Positions 41,134 to 50,262 of a stretch of DNA of 64,000 nt are shown piece after piece (positions within the stretch are counted from its first letter, which is position 1; the number at the start of each line of letters is the position of its first letter). The position numbers and the translations under genes are program-made. The notes below the pieces were generated by a model. That model did no database searches and had not been told where the DNA came from. It worked only from the letters and a program-made list of their open reading frames with translations. Origin of the DNA: an uncultured Actinomycetes bacterium (GTDB lineage: Bacteria > Actinomycetota > UBA4738 > HRBIN12); assembly GCA_963835415.1 (NCBI GenBank), contig CAWIFZ010000003.1, positions 221,323 through 285,322 of the forward strand, given 5' to 3'.

Positions 41134-42141
41134 TTACGGCAAGGTCGGATCGTCGGTCGGGAACCCGAGCCGTTTGTCGACGACGTTGCGCAACGGTGCA
41201 CCCTGCAGCCAGCGGCGCACGTTGTCGTAGAACACGTCGGCGAAGTCCGCGTCCCAGCCCGTCACGTCGCCCGACATATGCGGACAGACGATCACGTTCT
41301 CCATGTCCCAGAGCGGGCTGTCGGCGGGGAGCGGCTCCTCCTCGAACACGTCCAGGGCCGCGCCGGCGATCCGCCCCGATGCCAGCGCGTCGACGAGCGC
41401 CGCCTCGACCACGGTCTTCCCGCGGCCGACGTTGATGAACCGCGCCGTCGGCTTCATCGCGTCGAACACCGCCGCATCGAACACGTGCCCGGTCTGCGGC
41501 GTCAGCGGCATCGCGTCGATCACGTAGTCGGCGTCGGCCAGGGCCGCGTGCAGGTCGTCGATGCCGCGGATCGTTTCGAACACGTCGTCGCCCGCGCGTG
41601 CGGAGCGTCCGACCGCCGTCGACCCGCATCCCGAGCCCGTCGCGGAGCGCCCGTCCGATCGACCGGCCGATCGGCCCCGGACCGACCACCACCACGGTGG
41701 TTCCGGCGAGCCGGTCGGTCTCGTGCGTCTCCCACACGTGCGCGCGCTGCCGGTCGAACATCGGACGGAACCCCTTCGCCAGGGCGACCACGAACCCGAC
41801 CACGGTCTCGGTGATCGGTTGGTCGGCCGCTCCGCGCGCGTTCGTGAGGACCACGTCGCTCTCCACGAGCGCCGGGAACAGCAGTGCGTTGATGCCGACG
41901 TTCGATGCCGCGACCCACTCGAGCTTCCGCGCGAGCGGCCACGCGGCCTCCAGATCCTCGCGCTCCCCCCACCAGGTGTAGACGATCTCGGCGTCGACGA
42001 TCGCTCGTTCGAGCGATGCGCGATCCGGTGCGTACCGGAGCTCCACATCGTCCGCGATGACGTCGATGTTCGGCGGCGGCTCGTCGGCCGTCGCGCCCAT
42101 CACGACCACCGTCGGCCTGGTGTGCGCGACCCCGTCCGCCA
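41134..42141 (-). pseudogene. D-isomer-specific 2-hydroxyacid dehydrogenase, 1 frame change
   Basis: NAD-binding GPGPIGRSIG and catalytic region FINVGRGKTV...PHMSG. The frame switches near 41625 (extra g in gacggcggtc). Confidence 0.8.
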
Positions 42142-42144
42142 TGG

Positions 42145-42519
42145 TCACAGGGGCTTCCGGCTGGTGAACCCGGCGTGCTGCTCGTGGTACCAGGCGACCG
42201 CATCCTCGCCGAGCCGCCAGCACAGGAACACGGGACGCCCGTCCACCTCGCCGGGGAGATCCACCAGCCCGGTCTCGGGATCGCGAAGGAGGATGCCGCG
42301 TTCCGCCAAGTAGAGGAGCTCGGCCTTCAACGAGCGCTGGGCCTCGAACCAATCGCTCCCGGCAACCCCTCCTCCGTCCGCGGCGACGGCCTCGGTGATG
42401 CGCTCGCTGGTGCGGATCACCGTTCGCCGCGACTCCCGCAAGCGCGGCAACCGCTCCCGAAGCTCGGGGAGCTCGGCGTTCGCCTCCTCGCGTGTGAACC
42501 GACGTTCGTCCTCAACCAT
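42145..42519 (-). CDS. DUF2203 domain protein
   Basis: 124 aa. N-terminal FTREEANAELPELRERL and C-terminal FLCWRLGEDAVAWYHEQHAGFTSRKPL fit my memory of DUF2203. Confidence 0.65.
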   Translation of the reverse strand: MVEDERRFTREEANAELPELRERLPRLRESRRTVIRTSERITEAVAADGGGVAGSDWFEAQRSLKAELLYLAERGILLRDPETGLVDLPGEVDGRPVFLCWRLGEDAVAWYHEQHAGFTSRKPL

Positions 42520-43211
42520 GGAGCACCTCGGAGAGTTGGGCCAGGTCCGTGATGCGCGCGCCGACGTGATCCCCGTGCCGTTCCCTTCGGTCGATCAACA
42601 CGGGGAACATGCCGAGCGCCGCAGGGGGATCGATGTCGAACTCGGGGTTGTCGCCGACGTAGACCGCGTCGGCCGCGTCCACGCCCGCGCGATCGAGCGC
42701 CAAACGATAGATCCGCGGATCGGGCTTCTCCATGCCCTCGTTCCCCGAGATCACCCGCACCGCGAACGCGTCGCGGACGCCCAGGTCGGCGAGCAGATCG
42801 TCGAGCCACGCCTCGAAGTTCGACACGAGACCGAGCGTGTATCCCTCGGACGGCCAGCCCGTCCAGGACCGATCGCACGTCGTCGAACAGCGTGTAGTTG
42901 GCACGGTCGGTGAATGCGCCGTACAGCGAATCCCGCAGCCCGTCCTGGGACGGCAGCCCGAGCTCACCGAGCATCGCCACGTAGACCGAGCTCCAGAACG
43001 CCCGGGAGCGCTCCGGGCTGGTCGTCCACAGGCTCCCGTCGCGCGACGCCTCGCTGAACCGCGCGGTCACGGCGCGCGATGCGGCCAGGACGTCGTCGGG
43101 AAGCACGCGATGGCCCTCGCGTTCCAGGACCTGAGCGAACAGCTCCGGGAACGACGGCGCCGGATGCACGAGCGTCTCTCCGGCGTCGAAGAAGACGGCG
43201 CGGTACCTCAC
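42512..43211 (-). pseudogene. HAD-superfamily hydrolase, 1 frame change
   Basis: Motif I is FFDAGETL, motif II LGLVSN and motif IV YVGDNPEFD. The N- and C-terminal parts are in different frames, switching near 42850. Confidence 0.75.
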
Positions 43212-43816
43212 CGGATCGCCTCGGCGCGGTTCGCGAGGTCGTTCCAGAGCCGCTCCACCTGCGGTGCCAGCCGCTCGATCCCCCCGTCGTTGTCGAGCAG
43301 GACGTCGGCGACCCGGGCGCGCTCCTCGTCGCTGAGCTGCGTGGCCGTTCGTGCGCGGACCTGCTCCGGCGTCATGTCTCGATCGCGCGTCAGCCGCTCG
43401 ATGCGCCGATCGATGTCGGCCACGACCACCACGACCACGTCGAAGCCGTCCGCCAGGCCGCGTTCGGCGAGCAGCGGCACGGAGTACACGACGATGCGGT
43501 CGGTCTCTCGGAACGGCTCGAGCGCCTCCGCGTACAGCCGAGCGACCTCCGGATGCACGATCGCCTCGAGCTCCCGCAAACGCTCAGGATCAGCGAACAC
43601 GATCGCCGCCAGCCGGGACCGATCGATGTCGCCGTCCGGGCCGAGGATCTCTCGACCGAACGTCTCCACCACGCGGTCGAAGCCGTCCGTCCCGGGCGCG
43701 ACGGCGCGACGCGCCAGATCGTCGGCATCGATCACGGCCGCGCCGCGTTCGGCGAGGAGCTCGGCCACGGTCGACTTCCCCGAGCCGATCCCCCCCGTCA
43801 GACCGACCAGCAACAT
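43208..43816 (-). CDS. coaE: Dephospho-CoA kinase
   Basis: 202 aa with P-loop GLTGGIGSGKST. The position downstream of rpsA is conserved. Confidence 0.9.
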   Translation of the reverse strand: MLLVGLTGGIGSGKSTVAELLAERGAAVIDADDLARRAVAPGTDGFDRVVETFGREILGPDGDIDRSRLAAIVFADPERLRELEAIVHPEVARLYAEALEPFRETDRIVVYSVPLLAERGLADGFDVVVVVVADIDRRIERLTRDRDMTPEQVRARTATQLSDEERARVADVLLDNDGGIERLAPQVERLWNDLANRAEAIR

Positions 43817-43848
43817 GTCGCGCCGGACCGCTGCGGGCCCGGCTCCCC

Positions 43849-45447
43849 TTACTCGGCTCGGCCCTCGCGGCGCTTCAGGTCCTCGAGGATGGCCTCGAGC
43901 GAGACCTCGTCCGACGGCGTTTCCGCCTCGGGCTCGGCGGCCGGCTCGGGCTCGGCGGCTCCGGCTCCGCGACCTCCGCCTCGACGACCGCTTCCACGAC
44001 CTCAGGCGTCTCCGGCTCAGCCGCCGCGGGCGCTTCGTCCGCCGGCGCTTCCACTTCGTCGACGGCCGGGACCTCGACCGGCGAGGTGTCGGCCGATGCC
44101 GAGACCTCCGCGAGCGCGTCCATGGCTGCCTCGGTGTCCGAGACGGCGGGCTCGGCTTCGGGTGTCGCCTCCGCGGTCGCTTCCGCCTCCGCGACGGCGT
44201 CCAGGATGGCCTGTGGCACCTCGAGCATCGCCGGCGCCATCTCGGGCTCGGCGGCCTCGGCGGGCGGGGTCTTCTCGACCTCGACCTCGATCTCCGTGGC
44301 GCGCGGCTTGTCCGTGACCTGTCGCATCGACAGGCTGACGCGACGACGCGGGACGTCGACATCGATCACCTTCGCGCGGACCTCGTCGCCCACCGACAGC
44401 ACGGACTCGGGCGTGTCGACGTGCTCGTGGCTGAGCTCGGAGATGTGGACGAGTCCCTCGATGCCCGGCGCCACGCGGACGAACGCGCCGAACGGGCACG
44501 AGCTTCGTGACCTGACCCTCGATGATCTCGCCGGCCTGGTACCGCCGCTCGAACTCCTTCCAGGGGTCCTCCTGCGTGGCCTTGAGCGAAAGCGACACGC
44601 GCTCGCGCTCCAGGTCGACGTCGAGCACCTCGACCTCGACCTCCTGGCCCACCGTGACGACCTCGCCAGGATGATCGACATGCTTCCACGACAGCTCGGA
44701 CACGTGCACCAAGCCGTCGACGCCACCGAGATCGACGAACGCGCCGAAGTTCACGATCGAGCTGACGGTGCCCTTGCGGCGCTCGCCCTTCGTGAGCCCC
44801 TCCAGGAACTTCTTGCGACCCTCGGACTGCGACTCCTCCAGGAACGCGCGACGGGATAGGACGACGTTGTTGCGGTTGCGGTCCAGTTCGATGATCTTCG
44901 CTTCCAGATCCTGTCCGACGAACGGGTGCAGGTCGCGCACGCGACGCAGGTCGACGAGCGACGCCGGCAGGAAGCCGCGCAGTCCGATGTCGAGGATCAG
45001 GCCACCCTTGACGACCTCGATCACGGGACCGGTGATGGTCTCGCCGGAGCGCATGACCTCTTCGATGCGTCCCCAGGCGCGCTCGTACTGCGCGCGCTTC
45101 TTGGACAGGATCAGGCGGCCTTCCTTGTCTTCCTTCTGCAGGACGAGCGCCTCGACCTTGTCGCCGACCTTCACGACCTCGTTCGGGTCGACGTCGTGGC
45201 GGATCGAGAGCTCCTTGCTCGGGATCACGCCCTCCGACTTGTATCCGATGTCCAGCAGGACCTCGTCGCGGTCGATCTTCACGACCGTGCCCTCGACGAT
45301 GTCCCCGTCGTTGAAGTCCCTGAGGGACTCCTCCATGGCGATGACGAGTTCTTCCGGCGTCAGGTCGCGCTCAGGCGCGGCCGCCGTTTCGGTGGTGTCT
45401 ATGGGAACCAACCCCTTCCGCGCACGAGGCGCGCACCGAACCGGCAT
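43849..45447 (-). pseudogene. rpsA: 30S ribosomal protein S1, reading frame broken at least twice (probably assembly indels)
   Basis: Four S1 domains are present (FNDGDIVEGTVVKIDRDEVLLDIGYKSEGVIP ...). The frame switches at about 44495, where gtgcccgttc suggests an extra c in a C run. It probably switches again near 43960 in the acidic tail, and the plausible C-terminus ...SLEAILEDLKRREGRAE ends at TAA 43849-43851. The start is uncertain (TTG about 45411 or ATG 45447). Confidence 0.85.
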
Positions 45448-45553
45448 GTGAGATTTACCGTGGTGCTGGTGCGCCTCGCGGCTCAGGGATGGTAGGTGAC
45501 CAGCGCAAAGGCCGTCAATGTCGGCATAGACTTCGCCTCCGAAGGAGGGCGCG

Positions 45554-45865
45554 ATGGCGATGATCCGGGTGATCCGGCCCCCGACGAAGTACCGGGACCG
45601 GGCGAGGAAGTACGAACTGCTCGTCGATGGATCGTCGCTCGCGAAGATCGGGCACGGGGAGACCGTTGACCTCTCGGTTGGCGAGGGCCGTCACGCCGTC
45701 CAGGCCAAGATCGATGGGCACGACCCCGCGGTCGAGATCGACGTCGCCGCCGACGAGACCGTCGCGCTCCGCGTCGCCCCGGATCCGGCCGGCGATCGTC
45801 AACGTGATGCGGCCGTCCAAGTACCTGACCTCGAGATCGTGCCGCCCGCCACGTCCTCGCCGCGG
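45554..45865 (+). CDS. Hypothetical small protein, 3' end unresolved
   Basis: A strong SD (gaaggaggg) lies 5 nt upstream of ATG 45554, and third-position GC is high to about 45790. After that the codon bias moves to another frame. No in-frame stop occurs before the ORF runs antisense into polA. Confidence 0.35.
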
Positions 45866-48514
45866 TCAGTGGCCTTCGGGGGCGGCCTCCGCCCAGTTCG
45901 CGCCCCAGCCGATGTCGGCGCGCAGCGGCACGTCGAGCTCGACCGCACTCTCCATCCGCTCCTTGACGAGGGCCGCCGCCGCCTCGACGTGGGCCGCCGC
46001 GACCTCGAACACCAGCTCGTCGTGCACGGTGAGGAGCATGTGGCAGTCGAGCTCCGGTTGCTCGCGAAGCGCGCGATCCACGCCGATCATCGCGACCTTG
46101 AACACGTCGCTGGCGCTCCCCTGGATGGGAGCGTTCAGCGCTTGGCGCCGGCCAAGGTCCCGCACCCGCGGGTTCGAGGCATGCAGCTCCGGGATGTATC
46201 GGCGCCGCCCGAGCAGCGTCTCGGTGTAGCCGTCGACGGTTGCCCTGTCCACCTGGCGGTCCAGATATTCGCGGATACCGGGGAAGCTCTCGAAGTACGC
46301 GTCCATGATCTCCTGCGCCTCGTCGGGAGCGATATCCAGGCGGGACGCGAGCCCCCACGCGGAGAGCCCGTAGGCGAGGCCGTAGTTGATCATCTTCGCC
46401 CGCGAGCGGAGCGCGGGATCCACCTTGTCCTCCGGGATCCCGAAGACGCGCGCCGACGTGGCGGTGTGGATGTCGTGACCCGACGCGAACGCTTCGCGCA
46501 GCCCTTCATCCCCTGACAGGTGCGCGAGGATGCGGAGCTCGATCTGCGAATAGTCCGCGGCGACCAGCACCTGTGCGGCGTCGCCGGGGATGAACGCCCG
46601 CCGGATCTGCCGGCCGAGCTCGGTCCGAACCGGGATGTTCTGCAGGTTCGGGTTCGACGACGAGAGCCGGCCGGTCGCCGCCACCGCCTGGTTGAAGGAC
46701 GTGTGGATCCGGCCATCCCGGGGATCGACCAGCCGCGGGAGCGCTTCCAGGTACGTCGAGTTCAGCTTGTCCAGCTCGCGCCAATCGAGGAGCGCATCGA
46801 CCACGGGATGATCCCGCAGCTTCTCCAGCACGCTCGCGTCGGTCGACAGCTGTCCCTTCGGCGTGCGCTTCCCGGGCGATAACCCGAGCTTCTCGTACAG
46901 GATCACGCGGAGCTGCGGCGGCGAGTTCAGGTTGAACTCCTCGCCGGCCCCTCGGAAGATCTCGGTCTGGAGCTCCGTCATCCGGCTGCGAACCTCCGCG
47001 CCCATCCCGTCCAGGTAGGCGACATCGAGGGCCACACCTTGCTCTTCCATGTGGGCGAGCACCGACGCGAGCGGCATCTCCACCGTCTCGAGCAGATCGC
47101 GGAGTCCCTGCTTGTCGATCTGCTCCTCCATCACCGGAGCGAGCAACGCGATCGCCGCCGCGTCGGCCGCGACCGGCCGCCAGCCGGCGTCGCTGAACAG
47201 CTGGCCCTCGTCCTGCCCCTCGATCTCGCCGAGGACGTCGACGCCCAGGTACTTCTCGCTCAACGCGCGCAACGGGTACTCCGCCGCCGCGGGGTCGAGC
47301 AGATAGCCGGCGAGGAACGTATCGAACACCACCCCCGCGACCTCCACGCCGGCGGCGATCGCCCCGCGCTCCAGCTCCTTCGCGTCGTGCGTCCACTTCG
47401 GCGCGTCCGCCGACGCGAGCGCATCGGCCAGCGGTCCCAACGCTGCCAACGGCGCGAACGCCGCTTGCGCGCCTCCCGGGGAGGCGGCCGCGCCTCGAAC
47501 CTCACGGAGGTCCGCGTCCAGGCGAACACCCTTCGGTGCGTCCGAGGCGATCATCTGCGCGAGCTCGTCCGCCGATGTCTCGCGGAGGTCCAGCTCGGTC
47601 ACCTCCACCTTCGGCTTCGTCACGCCGATCTCTTCCAGCCGGTCGAGGAGCGACCGGAACTCGAGGGACGTGAACAGCCGCCGCACCTCGTCGGGGTCCC
47701 ACTCCCCCAGGACGCAGTCCTCTGGACCGATGTCCAACGGAAGGTCCGTGACGATCCGCGCGAGCTCTTTGTTCAACGCCAGCTGATCGGCGGCCGCGAG
47801 GACGTTGTCCTTGAGCTTCCCCCGGAGCTCGTCGGCATGGAGCAGCAGCTCTTCGACCGAGCCGTACTGCTGGATCAGCTTGGTCGCGGTCTTCTCCCCC
47901 ACGCCCGGGACGCCCGGGATGTTGTCGGACGGGTCGCCCTTCAACGCGACGTACTCGAGGTACTTGGACGGAGGCACGCCGAAGCGCTCCTCCACGCCGG
48001 CCTCGTCGTACAGGACGATGTCGGAGATGCCGCGCCGGTTGAACATCACCTGGATCCCCGGACGGACGAGCTGGAAGAAGTCCCGGTCGGCGGTCACGAT
48101 CACGGCGTCCAGTCCCGAGTCCGCGGCGACCGTGGCGAGCGTGCCGATCGCGTCGTCGGCCTCGTGGTCCACCACGCGCACCATCGGGACGTGCAGGGTG
48201 TCGAGGACCTCATCGATCAACCCGAGCTGCGACGTGAAGTCGGTGGGCGTCTCCGCGCGCCCCGCCTTGTAGTCGGCGTACTTCTCCAGTCGCACGGTGG
48301 GCCTGCCGAGGTCGAACGCCACCGCCAGGTAGTCCGGGTGCTCGTCGCCCATCAGCTTGATCAGCATCGACGTGAAGCCGTAGACCGCGTTCGTGATCTG
48401 ACCGGTGCTGGTGGCGAGCGTGGCCGGGAGCGCGAAGTACGCCCGGTACGCGAGCGAATGCCCGTCCAGCAGGAAGATCCGCTTGCGTTCGTCGTGCCCG
48501 TCGGTGGGCGTCAC
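45866..48514 (-). CDS. polA: DNA polymerase I
   Basis: 882 aa. It has a 5'-3' exonuclease N-terminus (LLDGHSLAYRAYFAL) and polymerase motifs (DYSQIELR, RRxAKxxNFGxxYG-type RSRAKMINYGLAYG, HDE in TVHDELVFE). The start is GTG. Confidence 0.95.
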   Translation of the reverse strand: MTPTDGHDERKRIFLLDGHSLAYRAYFALPATLATSTGQITNAVYGFTSMLIKLMGDEHPDYLAVAFDLGRPTVRLEKYADYKAGRAETPTDFTSQLGLIDEVLDTLHVPMVRVVDHEADDAIGTLATVAADSGLDAVIVTADRDFFQLVRPGIQVMFNRRGISDIVLYDEAGVEERFGVPPSKYLEYVALKGDPSDNIPGVPGVGEKTATKLIQQYGSVEELLLHADELRGKLKDNVLAAADQLALNKELARIVTDLPLDIGPEDCVLGEWDPDEVRRLFTSLEFRSLLDRLEEIGVTKPKVEVTELDLRETSADELAQMIASDAPKGVRLDADLREVRGAAASPGGAQAAFAPLAALGPLADALASADAPKWTHDAKELERGAIAAGVEVAGVVFDTFLAGYLLDPAAAEYPLRALSEKYLGVDVLGEIEGQDEGQLFSDAGWRPVAADAAAIALLAPVMEEQIDKQGLRDLLETVEMPLASVLAHMEEQGVALDVAYLDGMGAEVRSRMTELQTEIFRGAGEEFNLNSPPQLRVILYEKLGLSPGKRTPKGQLSTDASVLEKLRDHPVVDALLDWRELDKLNSTYLEALPRLVDPRDGRIHTSFNQAVAATGRLSSSNPNLQNIPVRTELGRQIRRAFIPGDAAQVLVAADYSQIELRILAHLSGDEGLREAFASGHDIHTATSARVFGIPEDKVDPALRSRAKMINYGLAYGLSAWGLASRLDIAPDEAQEIMDAYFESFPGIREYLDRQVDRATVDGYTETLLGRRRYIPELHASNPRVRDLGRRQALNAPIQGSASDVFKVAMIGVDRALREQPELDCHMLLTVHDELVFEVAAAHVEAAAALVKERMESAVELDVPLRADIGWGANWAEAAPEGH

Positions 48515-48521
48515 GCGGCGG

Positions 48522-48543
48522 ATTCTAGTCGTCGGTGACGACG
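48522..48543 (-). promoter_or_regulatory. RecA-NDp-like promoter upstream of polA (near match)
   Basis: The minus strand reads cGTCG-tca-ccgacgac-TAGAAT-ccgccgc-GTG. The -10 ends 7 nt before the start codon. Confidence 0.4.
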
Positions 48544-48666
48544 GGCCTCGCGCGCCCGTGCGAGCTCGGCCAAGTGATTCGGACCCGAACGAGGTTGCTA
48601 TCCGAACCTCGGGTTAGATAGGGTGCAGGCGGCGATTAGGTCGAACGAAGGACGGACGGATCACAC

Positions 48667-49521
48667 ATGCTTCCCACGTTCATCATCGGACTCCGAGAGG
48701 GCCTCGAGGCCGCGCTGATCGTCGGCATCATCGCCGCGTTCCTCATCCAGCGCGGTGAGCGCAAGGCGCTCCGACCCATGTGGTACGGCGTCGGGCTCGC
48801 GGTCGCGCTCTGCACGGGCGTCGCGCTCGCGCTGGAGGCGCTGGACCAGGCGCTCCCCCACAAGCAGCAGGAAGGGCTCGCCACGATCCTCGCGCTCCTG
48901 GCGGTGGCCGGGGTCACGTACATGGTCGTGTGGATGAAGCGCCACTCTCGCGAGCTCAAGGGTTCGCTCGAGGCGAGCGCCGAGAACGCCCTGGTCCTGG
49001 GGTCGGCGTGGGCGCTCATCGGCATGGCGTTCTTCGCGGTCCTCCGAGAGGGACTCGAGACCGCGGTCTTCCTGCTCGCGGTCTTCGGCAACTCGGATGA
49101 GCCGGCCGTGACCGGTACGGGTGCGGTGCTGGGGGTCGGGCTGGCCGTGGCCCTGGGCTACGCGATCTACAAGGGCGGCGTCCGGATCAACCTGTCCCGG
49201 TTCTTCCGGTTCACGGGCTTCGTCCTGGTGCTCGTCGCCGCGGGCCTGCTGGCGAGCGCCGTCCACACCGGGCACGAGGCCGGCTGGATCGACGTGCTGC
49301 AGGCGCAGGCGTTCGACCTCCGATGGCTGGTGGCTCCCGGGTCCGTCCGCGCGGCGCTCCTGACCGGGATGCTCGGACTGCAGCCAGTGCCGACCGTCGG
49401 CGAGACCCTCGCCTGGCTCCTCTACGCGATCCCCATGAGCCTCTACGTCCTGTGGCCGTCGCGCCCTCCGGCGAAGGCCGAGCGCACGGCTCCCGCTCCC
49501 GCCGTGACGGTCGCCTCGTGA
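48667..49521 (+). CDS. FTR1/EfeU-family high-affinity iron permease
   Basis: 284 aa and polytopic, with two REGLE motifs (LREGLEAALIV and LREGLETAVFL). Confidence 0.9.
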   Translation: MLPTFIIGLREGLEAALIVGIIAAFLIQRGERKALRPMWYGVGLAVALCTGVALALEALDQALPHKQQEGLATILALLAVAGVTYMVVWMKRHSRELKGSLEASAENALVLGSAWALIGMAFFAVLREGLETAVFLLAVFGNSDEPAVTGTGAVLGVGLAVALGYAIYKGGVRINLSRFFRFTGFVLVLVAAGLLASAVHTGHEAGWIDVLQAQAFDLRWLVAPGSVRAALLTGMLGLQPVPTVGETLAWLLYAIPMSLYVLWPSRPPAKAERTAPAPAVTVAS

Positions 49522-49949
49522 CGACCCGCACGCGCCACCCTCAACTGCGACTCGTCGCGCTCTGCGGCGTCCTCGCGATCGCCGCCACCTCATGCGGTGG
49601 TTCAGGGTCGGGGGCGACCGGCGATGTGATCGTCACGTTGAAGGACTTCTCGTTGACGGCGACGCCCGGCACGTTCGCGGCGGGACCGATCTCGTTCGGT
49701 ATCGACAACGACGGACCGAGCGTGCACGAGTTCGTCGTCCTGCGCACCGATGACGCGCCCGACGCGTTGCCGGTGGAGAACGGAGTGATCCCCGAGGATC
49801 AGATCGACCTGATCGACGAGGTCGAGGACCTCGCTCCGGGCACCAGCTCGTCGCTCGATGTGAACCTCGACGCCGGCGCCTACGTGCTGGTGTGCAACCT
49901 CCCCGCGCACTACGAGCAGGGCATGTTCGCCGCGTTCACCGTCGCGTGA
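49518..49949 (+). CDS. Cupredoxin-like copper-binding lipoprotein
   Basis: The GTG overlaps the FTR1 stop (GTGA). Lipobox AIAATSC-GG. Putative type-1 Cu ligands are H (SVHEFVV) and C-x4-H-x4-M (VCNLPAHYEQGM). Confidence 0.8.
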   Translation: MTTRTRHPQLRLVALCGVLAIAATSCGGSGSGATGDVIVTLKDFSLTATPGTFAAGPISFGIDNDGPSVHEFVVLRTDDAPDALPVENGVIPEDQIDLIDEVEDLAPGTSSSLDVNLDAGAYVLVCNLPAHYEQGMFAAFTVA

Positions 49950-50037
49950 ACCTGTCACTCTTTCTTCCGACACCCTGACGCGACGCCTACCTGCGACTCT
50001 GCGGAAGAAACACTGCTGACCAGTGGTTCTCCGCGAG

Positions 50038-50066
50038 TTGACAGCCCTCAACCTCCAGTCTATCTT
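50038..50066 (+). promoter_or_regulatory. Orphan sigma-70-like promoter in a 313-nt intergenic region
   Basis: TTGACA (50038-50043), a 17-nt spacer, then TATCTT (50061-50066). It points towards the 3' end of the convergent ABC operon, and no convincing ORF lies downstream. Confidence 0.35.
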
Positions 50067-50262
50067 TCGCTCCGGTCCCGCGCTGGCCGCGGGCTCGGGC
50101 CGGAAACGGTACGAGGCCAGGTCGCTCGGGACCACTGCGTGACGGGCCGCGTCGATCGTGTGGATTACTCGCGTATGGGGAAGGCGCGAGTGGTTCGCCG
50201 AGAGGCGCGGCCCGTCTCTCTTTGTGGCGCAGCGACTCTCGCGGTCCGCGTGTGGGCGCCGA

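Noticed and set aside
48560-48640. An IdeR/Fur-type iron box upstream of the FTR1 permease (AGGTT gctatccg AACCT and TTAGATAGG nearby)
   Set aside because: The half-site spacing does not fit the IdeR 19-mer as I remember it (TTAGGTTAGGCTAACCTAA), and the match is limited to pentamers. It is too weak to call without a PWM scan.
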